From Mayamaea pseudoterrestris (Eukaryota), in NCBI GenBank assembly GCA_027923505.1, contig BROI01000027.1, positions 124,001 through 188,000 of the forward strand: a stretch of 64,000 nucleotides of DNA, written 5' to 3'. The notes beneath the pieces were generated by a model. That model made no database searches. It saw only the letters and a program-made list of their open reading frames with translations, and was not told the origin of the DNA. Position 1 is the first letter of the stretch; the number at the start of each line of letters is the position of its first letter. Below, in pieces: positions 1 to 12,809 of the stretch. Both the position numbers and the translations under genes were made by a program.

Positions 1-1689
1 AGTGTAAATCAGTATATAAATGGGTCAGATCCGCCAACGCAGACATCGTCACGTCTCATGACGATTGACTTGTGCTATGACAATTTTCTAAATGCCAACA
101 GGAAAAACGACAGTCTCCCGACTTTTGCCGACGTTTTGCAAAAGACCCTGTTTCGTGAAACTCGACTCCGAGCTTGGAGTTCCGGTTCGAAGGCGTATGA
201 AACAATTACTCAACGTAAAGTCATGACGACGCTTCCCAAAATACTGTCCCTCTCGTGCGCCTGCGCTGGCCGCGATTCCGAGCAAGGTCTCAGCCTCTGG
301 CGTACTGTTGCAGACCATGGTCACTTTCTGCCTGAATGGATTGAAATAGAACTGACCGAATCAGGCGCTGTCATTGTGCGCGAGCTGTTGAAGAATGAGC
401 AAACTGGCGTTGAAACATGGAGTGAAACCAAGAGCAACGAAAACCTGCCTATTTCGATATCGGAAATACTTGTTAACTTTAAGAGGGAAGCAACAATTCG
501 CAAACAGCGGTATAGACTAGACATTGTTTTGTCAGCGGTGAGAGATGATTTGGATAGCAGCAATGCCGAAATCATGGAGCTGATCGGTGATGGGCCCTTA
601 GCGCATCATGTTGTGCACGCAAGGATTCCCAAGGGCCGCGAAATTCAAATATTTGAGAAGCAGTGTACCGCCTTGGAGGAGCTTCTTGATTTAAATCACC
701 GAAGCAACCTCGCCATGTTATCCGCTCCCACATGTGAAGATCAGTTAAAACTCCGATTGAAAGCGGCTCAAGCCCGGCTTGCAGATCTTCAGGCGCAGGA
801 ACCAAAGGACGACTGGGTCGCTATCAATGGTTTTATCGTTTCCAAAACAAATGTAGATGATGCTCGAGCTTTCCATATCAAGTTCAAAGAACCATCGCTA
901 ATTATTTTCCGAGCCATGGACGAAACGGATTCACTACCCAGCTCTGAGCCCACTATGGATCATTCACTTGTTCCCATGGAAGTCATGCATACATTTTCAT
1001 TGTCGAATGGTTCTCCCTCCCTGTTGTTTACGAATCAATGGACATTGCCGCCTCCAGGAGATTTACTTGCGTTCGATGCCGAATTTGTTTCGGTTGGCGA
1101 TGAGGAATCAATCTTGACCGACAAGGGATCCAAGCTCGTGGTCCGCGAAATGCGGTACGCGGTCGCTCGCATTTCTGTCATCCACTGCCGGACCGGCGCC
1201 GTCGTCTTGGACGACTATGTGTTACCGCGCGAACCAATCGTTGACTATCTGACTCGCTTCAGCGGAATTGTAGCCAAGGATCTTGATCCAAAGTACAGTT
1301 CGCATCACTTGATCAGCACACGAGCTGCCTACTTGAAGTTGCGCTATCTCATGGAACGTGGATGCATATTCATTGGCCATGGACTGCAAATGGACTTTTG
1401 GACGCTCAACTTGACCATTCCCTCGCATCAAATTATTGATACAGTCGAAATATACCACAAGCCGGCGCAGCGCTACGTCTCACTGCGCTTTGCTACCAAC
1501 TTTGTGCTGAAGCGTGACATGCAAATGGACGTTCATGATTCCATTGAGGATGCGCTGGCGGCGTATCAACTGTACGAAACGGCGGTGGAGCTCAAGGCCA
1601 AGGGCGAGTTTGACAAGCTGCTTGACGATTTGTACGAGTTTGGATTCAAAAACGACTGGAAACTTGGTGTAGATGATACAGAGTTATAA
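1..1689 (+). CDS. PAN2: PAN2-PAN3 deadenylase catalytic subunit, 3' part (gene starts before the window)
   Basis: Frame is open from base 1. C-terminal DEDDh exonuclease motifs LAFDAEFV, DYLTRFSGI, FIGHGLQMDF and HDSIEDA follow a UCH-like region, which is the PAN2 architecture. Confidence 0.9.
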   Translation, partial: SVNQYINGSDPPTQTSSRLMTIDLCYDNFLNANRKNDSLPTFADVLQKTLFRETRLRAWSSGSKAYETITQRKVMTTLPKILSLSCACAGRDSEQGLSLWRTVADHGHFLPEWIEIELTESGAVIVRELLKNEQTGVETWSETKSNENLPISISEILVNFKREATIRKQRYRLDIVLSAVRDDLDSSNAEIMELIGDGPLAHHVVHARIPKGREIQIFEKQCTALEELLDLNHRSNLAMLSAPTCEDQLKLRLKAAQARLADLQAQEPKDDWVAINGFIVSKTNVDDARAFHIKFKEPSLIIFRAMDETDSLPSSEPTMDHSLVPMEVMHTFSLSNGSPSLLFTNQWTLPPPGDLLAFDAEFVSVGDEESILTDKGSKLVVREMRYAVARISVIHCRTGAVVLDDYVLPREPIVDYLTRFSGIVAKDLDPKYSSHHLISTRAAYLKLRYLMERGCIFIGHGLQMDFWTLNLTIPSHQIIDTVEIYHKPAQRYVSLRFATNFVLKRDMQMDVHDSIEDALAAYQLYETAVELKAKGEFDKLLDDLYEFGFKNDWKLGVDDTEL

Positions 1690-1907
1690 CAAAAGTGTAA
1701 GATGTGAACCTTTTCTTTGAATCCTGTTCAGCGCTTTTGCATTGCAAATGGAAACGGACATCGTTTTAGTATACTTAGTACCGGTACGATAGTTTGTGAC
1801 AAGGTCATCATCTTGCACGAGATTTTAAATCGACAGATCATGCTGCGGCTGTACAACTAGTGTTTGCATCATCGCACGTCCAAGCATTGCCTGGTGAACG
1901 CAAAACA

Positions 1908-2143
1908 ATGAGACTCTTCACTCGTAGACGGAGATGGTCATTTACAATTTTGCTATTTGCAACATGCTTGGCACTTCACACTACACGGGCCGACGAGGCC
2001 GACGCATCAATCTCGACACCAGGAGAGTTGGAGAATGAAAATGCAGGCGAAACTAATGCAAATGATAATACTATAAACAATAAAGTCTGCTTGCTGGACT
2101 GCGTCAATGGCGGAAAATGTCGAATGGGACGGACCGAAAATTC

Positions 2144-2176
<33 letters not shown>

Positions 2177-2936
2177 AACCTCTGTCCTTGACAAAAAGTC
2201 TGCCGACACGAGCACCACTACCAAGCAGGGACACTACTGCTTTTGTCCAACAGGTTTTGTTGGAATTTACTGCGAAATCAAGTTTGTCTTGTGCAGCGAC
2301 GAGTCTGAAACATGCTTCAATGGAAAGCCATGTCAACGAGACTTGGATGACTCTGGCGAGGAATTCTTTCACTGCGAATGCGATACAAATGAGGCAGTCA
2401 GCAAGCTTGATTCGCGCGACGCGGGTCGCTTCTGCGAGCACTCGTCAATGACAACATATTGTGAGACTGATAGTGACAATAGCAATGATAACCAGAATAC
2501 AGACAAGCCATTCTGCGCCAATAGTGGCAAGTGCAGCTCCGACGGAACAACATGCACCTGTCCGCCGCAATGGACGGGCGAGCACTGTCAAGATCCACTC
2601 AATCTGCAATCACTCTACGAAACGGAACATTACATGGATGACGACATTCAAGATGCACAGCAGCAGCAACCGACAGCTGCTGCACCGGAAAAGACGCGCG
2701 TCGCCTACGTGAGCCTCGTCATTATCATTGGCACGCTCATTGGAGCCGCCATTGTGCTGCGGCACTATGGAGCTGAGGTTCAATATGGGAGGATACAGCT
2801 GCGACAGGATGAGTTGCAGCAAGTGCCGGGGCAGCCGCAACGGCGGAAGCGGCGGCCTCATCCAATGGAGATGGAGATGAAACATGTTCGATCGCAGCAA
2901 AGCAACCAAAGGTCATCGTCGAATGAAATTGTATAA
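1908..2936 (+). CDS. Type I membrane protein with EGF-like repeats
   Basis: Signal peptide after ATG 1908, EGF cysteine patterns (CVNGGKC...CFCPTGFVGIYCE; CFNGKPC; CANSGKC...CTCPPQWTGEHC) and one C-terminal TM helix (VAYVSLVIIIGTLIGAAIVL). Confidence 0.85.
2145..2174 (+). repeat. (CAG)10 microsatellite encoding poly-Gln
   Basis: Ten perfect CAG units inside the first EGF-like domain. Confidence 0.95.
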
Positions 2937-2981
2937 GTAAATTGTTTAACAGCTACATATATATATGTATAATTCATTGCT

Positions 2982-5900
2982 CTAATTAGAAGTAGAAGAA
3001 GGATACTTAACGTCATCTTCCGTCAATGTGGACGCGTATTGCATCCATGGATGTTGGAGTGCCTCGCTCGCTGTCAATCTTGCATCTGGTGCAATCGTCA
3101 AAAGTTTGCGGACAAAGTCGCAAAAGAGTGCCTGCAGGCTTTGGGCAGCCGACAAAGTTTTTTCGCTGTCAAAGCACTCCATCAAGTCGGCATCAAAACC
3201 AAGACGCGAAGAAAGCGTTGTTATCTTTGGCTGAAATATATCATAATGCTCACGAACACTTCCGTCCGTATCGCTTCGAGCCGAGCTTTCGTCCGCGCCG
3301 GCAGCAGCCACTCGCTCGAACAGTAGACCGCACTTGGTAAAGAAGCGACCGCTCTGACGGCCTTGAGCAATCATGTGTCGTGGAAATGGACCGCAGATGG
3401 ACTCTATCCTACTCAGCATGGACACCACCGAATCATTTTGGAAAGTTACTTCGCCCGTGTACATTTCTGCAACAACACATCCAAGTGACCAGACGTCAAT
3501 GCGTCCATCGTATGGTAGCCCTAATACAACTTCGGGTGCGCGATAAGATCGAGACTGAATGTATGATGATTGCCGGTCCGTGAGATAGCAAGAGCTTCCA
3601 AAATCAATCAGCTTGATTGTTGCGTGGCTATAGCTTGCCAATAAGACTGCGAAACAAGGAAAGGTGTGAGCGCTCATATGCCACACGCGCCTTCGACCCC
3701 GATAATCCAACATCGAGGTGCCAAACCATCCCGACACAATTACTAAAACACAACATTAGTCCACTCACTGTTCTCTGGCTTAATATCACTGTGGCACAGT
3801 CCAAGGCCATGCACAAACTCTAAAGCAACCAGACATTGGCGAGTAATATAGGCCAGGCGTGGAAGTGTAAAGTATGGCTCTTCATTGTGCTCCACAATGA
3901 ACTTGCCAAACTCAAACAGATTTTGACGCAGGAGCTCCGTAACAATGATAAGGTGCTCGCGATAGTAGAAGAACGTCTTCATCTCGACAATCGCCTTTTC
4001 GTTGCACATTCCAGTTTGCCGCAGAAGCTCCAAAATCTTAATCTCATCCAGAGACTGGTCAAAGAAGTCCTTGGTATTTTTGATAACTTTTAAACACACT
4101 TCTTGGTGACCGTCGGGTCCATCACCGTCCGAGCTCAAGTCAATACATCGATATGCTGTACTAAATGCTGCGCTGCCAAGTTCGCCTTCCACCAGGTATT
4201 GTCCGGCTACAATATTACCGGCTTCAAGATACATGTCTTTCGTCGGCTCAAAGCCAGTCACATGGGACTTGAAAATGACTGGAAGGTGAAAGAACTCAAG
4301 GTCGCCCATTTCGCCCTTGCCGGCACTCTTGATGCCAGGAAAGCTTGACAAAGGTGCGCCATGCTCGCAACCTTTTCCAACAACAAGAGCTCTCGGTGTT
4401 ATAGCCTTCACAACAGCTACTGCTGAATCAAATGCAGAATTATCATCGACAAATCTTGACTCTTCTCGGTCAAGCAAGTCCTCTGCCGCTTTCAAGTCAC
4501 GCTCAAAGACGGCGTCAGACCCGCCACCTTCCCCAAGCTTGCACAAGTCACGCTCCGAATGACGTTTCAGCTTTTCGACCATGGCCTCAAATTCTTGTTC
4601 GATTCGGAGCAGCTGGGCGCTCCGCAAGCGCACAATTCGGTAACCAGGTTCATCGGGATTGGTGGCATCCCATTCTGGTAGGGGATCTAGCACTCTACAC
4701 GTCTGGTCAACGCCGACGGGCAGCAAGTGTGCACACAATGACCGCATCAGATCGTCTGCTTCGGAAAAGTCGCTTTCGTCAGAGTCGGTACTACTGTCAT
4801 CGGAATCACTCGATTCGTCATCGCCAGAGGTGTAGCGATCCTTGGTCGCTTCCGTCGACGCTGGAGAGACGGGTGCATCACCAGTAACGAGCGACATGAC
4901 GGCCGAAATGGTTTCGAATACACCGGTGATTGGTTCAGGAGGATCTAATTCTAAAACTACGCCCGTAGTGGTGCCAGTTTTTGCAAGAGGGCCGAGCACG
5001 CGATCGACGGAACTGTCATGTGGGTTATTGTCATCGTCAAAGGAAGTGTCGAGATCAGATTCCTCATCCGCATCCTCTGCATCATTGTCATGGGATATTG
5101 AAAGTGATTGGTCGACATCGGATACAAGCCCATCGTCTCGAGAAAAACTCTCGTGCTCCACTTGAGCGCAAGTCCTCATGAAACGATCAGGTATACCTCC
5201 ATTCTGCTCGCCACTACGACTCTCTCGGCTAATACTGTCGGAACTCAGTATTTGCCTTACTCGCTCCTCAATCGGATGCTTAATCACATGTCGTTGCGAC
5301 GCGGACGTGGATGTTGTCGACGAAAATTGCCGCACCAGCGCATCAAGTTCATCGTGCTGATCCTGGCTCTGAGTTGTTGGAACGTGCTGCAGATCGATGA
5401 TAGGTTGGGGACTTTCCAGTGTTGCCACAGCTTCCACAGCCTCCAATGAGGTATCCAAGTGCGTTATCGTTGTTCTTGTGAGTAGTGGAGGTGGCATTAC
5501 AGAATCGTCTTCGTCAACCAGCGTATCATCTTCCCCCTCATCCTCCTCGTCTGCCTGCAACTGACTCTCCGTCAACTTGTCCGAATCCATGGATCGCGAC
5601 GCCGTGACTGGATCATACCCATTCGAATGCGGGTACTGTGCCGGATGCGGTGGCGACAAGAAGCTACTTGCACCAAGCAAATCCGACATGGCTAGCAACA
5701 GTGCATTTTCATCCTCCACACTCTTCTTTTCCTCACCACGCGACCACGAATGCGACTGCGCCGTCCGTGGCAGCACGCTACGGTCTGGTGACAGCAAAAC
5801 ACTTTGTGCCTGTCGTCCTCGACTTCCGGCTCGCTCCAATATTGCCAGTAGCACTCGTTCCACACCCGCTTGCACGGATGCTTCGTCGCTCGTTGTCACG

Positions 5901-6757
5901 TGAACCTCCTCCTCGTCGTCATCATTGTTTTGACACTGCTCAGTATCGTCAACATGTTTACAATCCTGCTGCTTCAGCTCGGCAAGACGGTTTGCATACT
6001 TGGCCATGCGCTCCTGCCGCTGCTGGCGGCGACTCTCCATGCCGCTCGAATCAACTTGCTGCGGGCGTGAAATGTTTACTTGGCGCGAAACTTGCGAACA
6101 CGGCGAGTGATCAATTGAATTACCATTCACCGAGCCATTAATTGGGCTATCAGGTGGCGTTCGTCGAGATTGAAGTAGTTCATCCTGGTCTGTTGGAGTA
6201 ATTGCTTCTCGCGACGAAACATTTAGACGCATCGCTGGAGAGGATGGAGTCTTATGCTTGCGGAGCAGCTCGAGGGCCTCCCGAATCGCATCCTCGTATG
6301 GATTAGAATTGGATCGGCATCGTCCACGAAACCGATCGGAAGGACTTTGGCGCTGACTTTCAAGGCCGTCGTCCTGTAAAGTCTCGTCGTGCACGTGCAC
6401 AATATCATTTGCACCTTGAAAAGCGTCATGGCCCGGCTGCAAAGCGACTTGCTCGTTCCGAGCAGTCATGATTTTCACTGATCCATTATCAATCTTGGGT
6501 GTTTTTTGTGCCGTATAAAATGTAAATCGTTGCGGGGCTGCTTGTACTTGTCCTTGTTGCTGCTTGATTGCTGTAAACTCTTGTCGCTCATCCTCTTCTT
6601 GCTGCTGCAAATGATTGTCGTCCGCTGAATCGGATGAGGCCGGCTCAAGTCCAACAACTTCGACACTATAATCCGATGCATTGTAGAAGGAAAATCGCTT
6701 CTGACTGGAGTCCGAAATCTTATAGGATGTAACTTCCGCCGTTGATGGTTCCGTCAT
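2982..6757 (-). CDS. DYRK-related CMGC Ser/Thr protein kinase with long low-complexity N-terminus; intron 3647-3768
   Basis: Motifs LGSAAFS, VCLKVIKN, HSDIKPEN|ILL, KLIDFGSS, YIQSRSYRAPE and DVWSLG. A GT-AG intron joins the two ORFs in frame. Confidence 0.92.
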
Positions 6758-7042
6758 GGTGGAGACTGAGGGACGTGGATTGTTGTCGTAGCCGCGAAAG
6801 GTCTGGATAAGTCCGAATGAAGCCGCCTAAAAAATTTTTAACACTTCGTTCTAGCAGCAACAGCTATTTTTAGCTGCTTTCCTCTCTGGTCTTGATTAAA
6901 TTAAATCAGCAAGACCAACAATGAAAGAGCCTTTGCTCGTCCCCGATGGAACCAAGTTCAGCAGCTGCGCGTGCCGATGGCCGGGCTCGCTCGCAACGGA
7001 ACGGCCCCCCATCGAGGGTGCCCCTTCCCGACTCTTACCACC

Positions 7043-7054
7043 AGTGACGTCACT
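7043..7054. promoter_or_regulatory. Perfect 12-bp palindrome AGTGACGTCACT containing a full CRE-type bZIP site
   Basis: Read directly. It lies in the divergent gap between the kinase (6757) and the gene at 7235. Function is inferred. Confidence 0.45.
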
Positions 7055-7234
7055 TAAAGATCGCGGCGCGGACGCACTTCAATTTTGTCACGCGCTGCGC
7101 ATCCATCTCTCTCTCTTGGAACGAGAGTCGACCTTCGCCTCTTATCTCTTGCAAACGTTGCCCAATCCTATTGCCGGAACATAGATTCAAGTCTATACTT
7201 GTCTGTTACATTCCATTTTTGATAACCTTTAACC

Positions 7235-9344
7235 ATGAAATTTTCACAGCTCGCCGTCCTTGCCGCCGTGGCTTGCCCTGCATCGGCTTTTATGCCGCAG
7301 AAATTCGCTAGATCTCACACCACGAAAGCGTTCATGGCCATTGAGGATCTAGAGAGCAAGCTTTTCAACCCGGAACCGCAAAAGACTGCTACTGCCAACA
7401 AAAAGGAGCAAACCAAGAAGGAAGCTGCGCCCAAGAAGCTGGCGGCTGCTGCCTCCAAACCAAAGAAGGAGGAGTCACTCCTTTCATCGTTTGATGTTTC
7501 GTATCCGACGGCAACAAAGGCTCCACCAGCAAAGGCGGCCAAGCCTGAACCCAAAAAGCCGGAAGTGAAAAAGCCAGAGCCCAAGGCTTTTGCCAAGCCA
7601 GAGCCAAAAGTCAAGCCAGTGCCTGCACCCAAGCCTGCTCCGGCTGCTCGGGTCGCTCCGGCGCCAAAGCCGGCCCCCAAGGTTGTACAGAAGGCTGTCG
7701 AAAAGGCCAAGCCATTTGCTCCAAAGCCAAAGGTTGCCAGTCTTGCTCCACCACCAAAGGCTCCAGTCAAGGCTGATCCCAACGCCGTTCCAGCAGGCAT
7801 TGCCCTTGGCGCTGCTCCGTTGATTTTGGCGCCACTCTTGGCCCTCGCCGCGTCGCGCGAAACGCTCTCCAAGACGGCTGCTCGTCGTCAGCAGATCCAA
7901 AATGAGGTTGCCGCGAAAAAGGCAGCTGAAATCAAGAGACAAAAGCAAGCTGAAGTTGATGGTGGTGCATTGACAAAAGCACTTGTAAGTATTTTGTTGA
8001 TTGCAGACGAGATGTCGATTCTGGCGCAATCAAGCTTACACTTTTTCCTTTTTATTTTTTTTTGGATCATAGGGTTACCTTGGCGCTGCTGGCCTTTCGG
8101 TCGGTCTGATTTTGGCTCAGGGTCCAGTCGGAGAGGGTCTTCCATCATTTTCGGCCCCGTCCATTAGTCTTCCGTCGGGAGTCGGTGGTGCGAAGGTTTC
8201 CGAGTCGCGACCTGCCAGTGACGCTGACGTTCAGCGCGCCAAGCTCCAGCAAGCACAGAAGGAGATTTACGCCAAGAAGCGAGCTGCTTTGGAAGCCAAG
8301 AAACAGGAAGCTGCCAAGGCTACCGCAAAGGTCACCAAGAAGGCCGCTGCTGTCGTTTCAAACGAGCCAAACTCGTACGAGAATTTGTTGCAGCGGGCCA
8401 ACATTCCTTCCGTGGAAGCTCGCAAGGCCCGAGCGGAGGAGAAGAAGGCAGAAAAGGCTGCTGAGAAGGCAGCTGTTCAAGCTACACTAGCGGAAGAAGA
8501 TGCCAAGAAGGCTCTCGCAGAAGCAAAGATCAGTGCCGAGCAAGTGAAGAAGGTCAAGACCGAAGTTGCAGCGGCCGCCAAGGCAGAGGCGGCAGACAAG
8601 AGAGCCGCTATTTCTGCGGAGGCTCAATACAAGGCCGAGGCTGCAAAGGCGGCCAAGCAAGAGAAGGAGGCTGAGAAGAAGAACGATGGTGCCGCCGAGG
8701 TCAAGGCAGCCGAAGAAAAGGTCAGAGCGGAAGAAAAGGCGCGTGCTGCTGAGAAGAAAGCCAAGGAAGATGCTATCAAGGAAGCTAAGCTAGCTGAGAA
8801 GGAGATTGAAGCTGAAAAGGCCGCTGCTGCTGCTCAGAAGAAAGCACAGGAAGAGGCTGCCAAGGCACAGGCCGCTGAGAAGGCTGCCGCCGAAGCTGAA
8901 AAGGCCGCTGCTGCCGCTCAGAAGAAGGCACAGGAAGAGGCTGCCAAGGCCAAGGCGGCTGAGCAGGTGGCTGCTCCGGCACCCGCACCAAAGCAAGCCC
9001 CAGCTCCCAAGGTGGCCCCAGTTGAGTCCACCACAAACGCTGCGCCGGTTCCAGAGGCCGCACCAAAGGCTGCTCCGGTTGCAGAGGCTGCACCAAAGGC
9101 TGCTCCAGCTCCAGTGGCACCAAAGGCTGCTCCAGCTCCAGTGGCACCAAAGACTGCTCCAGCTCCAGTGGCCCAAAAGGTTGCCACCGTTGTACCTAAG
9201 GAAGATCCACGACCTGCAACTACTGCGCCTGCCAAGGGATCTGGTTTGGGTGTCGTCTCAGGCAGCGCATCTGGCGGCAAAGTGCAGCCGAAGGAGGAGG
9301 TCAGTGATGATGTCAAGGCCTTCCTCAAGACGCTTCAAAAGTAA
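7235..9344 (+). CDS. Plastid-targeted Ala/Lys/Pro/Glu-rich repetitive membrane protein (about 673 aa); intron 7985-8072
   Basis: Signal peptide ending ASA-FMP. A phase-0 GTAAGT...TAG intron fuses ORFs 7235 and 8112. Two hydrophobic segments are separated by a charged helix. Confidence 0.82.
8808..9175 (+). repeat. Coding tandem repeats: 84-bp duplication (EAEKAAAAAQKKAQEEAAKA) and 27-bp APKAAPAPV units
   Basis: Copies start at 8808 and 8892. About three GCACCAAAGGCTGCTCCAGCTCCAGTG units lie at about 9090-9170. Confidence 0.85.
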
Positions 9345-9509
9345 ATGTATTAGGTGGTTGAAGGCATGGTCTGCTATCTCTTGCGCTATTTTAAACAATC
9401 TTTGTTACGAATATACTACCGGTATCGGTCTTTTGTAGAAATGCGTCAGAGGGAATAGGACCTTAAACCATAAAACAAACGACAACTTAAAAGTGTACCA
9501 TCACAATGC

Positions 9510-11113
9510 CTACACGGCTCCATGAGTCATCATTACATTGGCAATGCGAAGAAAACCTCGAATGTTTGTACCCGCAAACAAGTCGCCTCGTGCATTAAAT
9601 TCCGTGGCAGTGCTCTTGACATCCTTGTATATTCTGGCAACATTCTCCTGCAAGTCTTGGTCTGTTGCCCCAACGCCAAGCGCCTGCGAAATGGCCGATC
9701 CAGTCAGTGTCATGTTGGATGGGCCGTACATTAGTCCGCGCTTTTTGAGAATTTTGCGTGCGCTCGCGTTGACAGCCGAGTGACCTCCCTCAATGATACC
9801 TTGGCAACCATTGTCGGCTAATTTCGTAATTGCCACAGCGTCAATGTCGTTCATGGCACCGCATGGAAAGCACAAGTCACATGGAATATCCAAGATTGAC
9901 TCTGGGTCGTTGAACTTGGCCGTTGTCGACGAAATAATGTACCGACCGAGTAGAGCACCGCGTTCATTCTTGATCTTATTAATGACCTTGAGCTGAGCCT
10001 CTGATATACCATCTGGTTCATATACATGTCCACTCGGATCGGAGAAGGTTACGGGAATGGCGCCATATTGCAATAGTTTCGTCGCCAAGTGACGGGCCAA
10101 CTTGCCCGATCCAATGATCAAGCAGCGCTTGCCTTGCAGCGAATCACCCTTGTCCTTTAACATTTCATTCGCAAAGTGAGCAACGCCATAGCCAGGCGCC
10201 TGAGTAAAATATGATAGAAAGATTTTGCATCAGTGCTAGTTCATGGTATTAACGAATGTACGGAGAACTCAGCATACACGAACAAACGCACCTCTGCTTG
10301 ATCCGGTGACAGGAAATACCTGCCTCCAGCACTAGCCCTGACGTTGATTCGCTTGTACTGTCCAAACATGTACCCAAGTTCCTCCGGACCAACGCCCATT
10401 CCCATGATTGGATAGTCCTGCTCGGGTCCCACGTACTTGGCAAGCTCCGTCATGAAGGATTGGCAAAATCGTTGCATTTCACCCTCACTCTTGTCGAGCG
10501 GATGAAAGTCTGCTCCTCCAACCGCCGCTCCCAAGTCATATCCAGTGACAGCATTTGAAAAGAGCGAGTTGAACGCTAGTGACTTCATCACCGAGTCATT
10601 CACGTGATAACCAAAGTGCAACTGTCCAAAGTAGGGTCCCAGTGAACTGGAATACTGAATGCGATATCCTCGATTCATGCGCACCACGCCCATGTCATCA
10701 ATCCAGGCGACCCGAAACTGCACGAACCGTTCCGGTTCAATCAACGTTTTCGCCGCAAAGGCATATTTTGGGTTGCGATCAAAGATTGGCGACAAGCACA
10801 TTACATTACTCGACACGGCATCAATGAATTCAACATTGTGCGAGTCTCGTCGCTGCGCTTCCTTCACTAGTAGTTGCGCCGCTTCCGTTCCCGTCTTGAA
10901 TCGCACGTCACCAAGACGTCGAAAGAGCGGCTTGTTGCGGTAGCTCTTGCTCACCTTCATGGTTTGGTGAATGCCGCCATCGACCGACACCAAGCTTTTG
11001 CGGCGGTCGTCAGTGTTAGTGGATGATGATGAAAACGACAATCGTTTACTACCAGTGGCAAGGGTTGCAAGTCGACTCTTGCTGCTTCGACGAGAAATTG
11101 CTGAAAGCATCAT
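9510..11113 (-). CDS. NADP-glutamate dehydrogenase-like protein, probably catalytically inactive, mitochondrial-type presequence; intron 10200-10291
   Basis: EPERFVQFRVAWIDD, NRGYRIQYSSSLGPY, EMQRFCQSFMTEL, ELGYMFGQYKRI, EAPGYG (across the splice), IIGSGKLA and NIRGFLRIANVMMTHG match GdhA-type proteins. Confidence 0.88.
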
Positions 11114-11461
11114 GGTGCCGACTAGAGTTAATATGGTCTTGTTTGGCTATAGCTGCTGTCGATAATTCCTTCCCTTGGTTGTCGGGGAAGTCGACGTTCC
11201 GTCAACGCGCGATCTTTGACCCTCATGTCACACCAACCCAGAACCTGTTTTGTGAATGACGTGTTACTCGTGAGTCATTTCATCATCCAGTCCTGACCAC
11301 TATTCGTATTCATTCGTGTCGCTGAGCTTTCCATAACGTCAAGCGTGCCGCCATGATTATCGGCGTGGATGAGGTGGATCTTTCGCCTCGTCGAACGCAA
11401 CATCAATATGCGCGCTCTCACAATTTAAAAAGTAGTTGCTGCCATTGACGAAGGAAAAAAC

Positions 11462-12809
11462 ATGAAGTTCTTCAATCTACTAAACTTGTTGCTGCTGCTG
11501 GTGGCTGGCGTTGCTCATTCTTCTGCAGCTGAATCGACTGCTGCATTTCGTCCACGACGAGCCTCATCCTTGCAGAAATATCAGCTGGAGCAGCAAACAA
11601 CAGTGCTGCAACCTTCTTCTGATGTTTCAATGACAGTACCTTCAGCATTATCAAATGATGTTTCGCAAGTTGCTCGGGGAGGAGCCATTTCAAATAGCCT
11701 TGCGCAGACGCTCAAGGTCGGCTTTTACTTTGGACTCTGGTACTTGCTCAACATCTTCTACAACAGTACGTAACTGTATTGGCACTTTCTTGTTTTGATC
11801 ATGTCTCTCAATTACTCACTCCGATATTTATCTCTTCTATATATCTACAGTCTTCAACAAGAAGCTCCTCAACGTCATGCCCGCGCCACTCACCATTGGC
11901 TCGATCCAACTCGCCATTGGTTCCGCCTACGTTGCCGCACTCTGGTTGCTCCGCCTGCGACCAGCACCCTTTCTCAACTCGTCCGACGCTATCAAGCAGT
12001 TTGCCCACGTTGGATTCTGGCATGCCTTTGGACAGGAGACTACCATGGTCAGTCTTTGCGCCGGTGCTGTTTCCTTTACGCACATTGTCAAGGCACTAGA
12101 ACCATTCTTTTCCTCCGTCGTGTCGGCGCTAGCATTCAAGCAGTGGATGCCACTTCCAGTCTACCTTTCGCTCGTGCCAGTCGTTGGTGGTGTTGGTTAC
12201 GCCTGCTTGAAGGAGAGCGCCTTTTCCTGGTTGGCGTTTTCCGCGGCCATGCTGAGTAACTTGGCGTTTGCGCTGCGCGCCGTCTTGAGCAAGGTGGCCA
12301 TGGGAACGGCGGTCACGAGTGGCAGGAACTTGACGTCGCCAAACGTGTTTGCATTGGTGACCATGTTTGGTTTACTGTTTAGTATTCCCATGGCGATTGC
12401 TGGAGAAGCTTCCAGTGTGGCTGGCATGTGGAGCAAGGCGTTGGAGTCCATGCCCAAGAAGCAACTGGTGCAAGCCATTTTGGTGTCTGGACTCTTTCAC
12501 TATTTGAACAATGAAGTCATGTATCTTGCTCTTGGCAATGTTCATCCGGTCACCTTGGCGGTTGGAAACACGATGAAGCGAGTCTTTATCATGGTGGCAT
12601 CCGTCATGGTGTTCCGCAACCCAATCTCGCTGCAGGCTGGTATTGGATCAGCGGTTGGTATTTCGGGCGTTCTCGTCTATTCGCTGGTTAAGCAGCACTA
12701 TGAAAAGGTAGATGTCAAGGTTGCGGACAAGGTAAAGTCGACGGCGCGGCAGACAAGGGTGGGCGTGACCAAGACGATTCCTTCCAGAGTGTCAGTTCGC
12801 AGAAAGTGA
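11462..12809 (+). CDS. Triose-phosphate/phosphate translocator family protein of the complex plastid; intron 11766-11850
   Basis: Signal peptide, then YFGLWYLLNIFYNIFNKK (after splicing), AVSFTHIVKALEPFF and AVGNTMKRV. Confidence 0.93.

Noticed and set aside
3743..3768. 26-nt intron in the kinase using the first downstream AG
   Set aside because: Too short. The acceptor at 3647 restores the canonical KPENILL.
7315..9438. Several long antisense and alternate-frame ORFs over the Ala/Lys-rich gene
   Set aside because: Shadow ORFs of a repetitive coding sequence.
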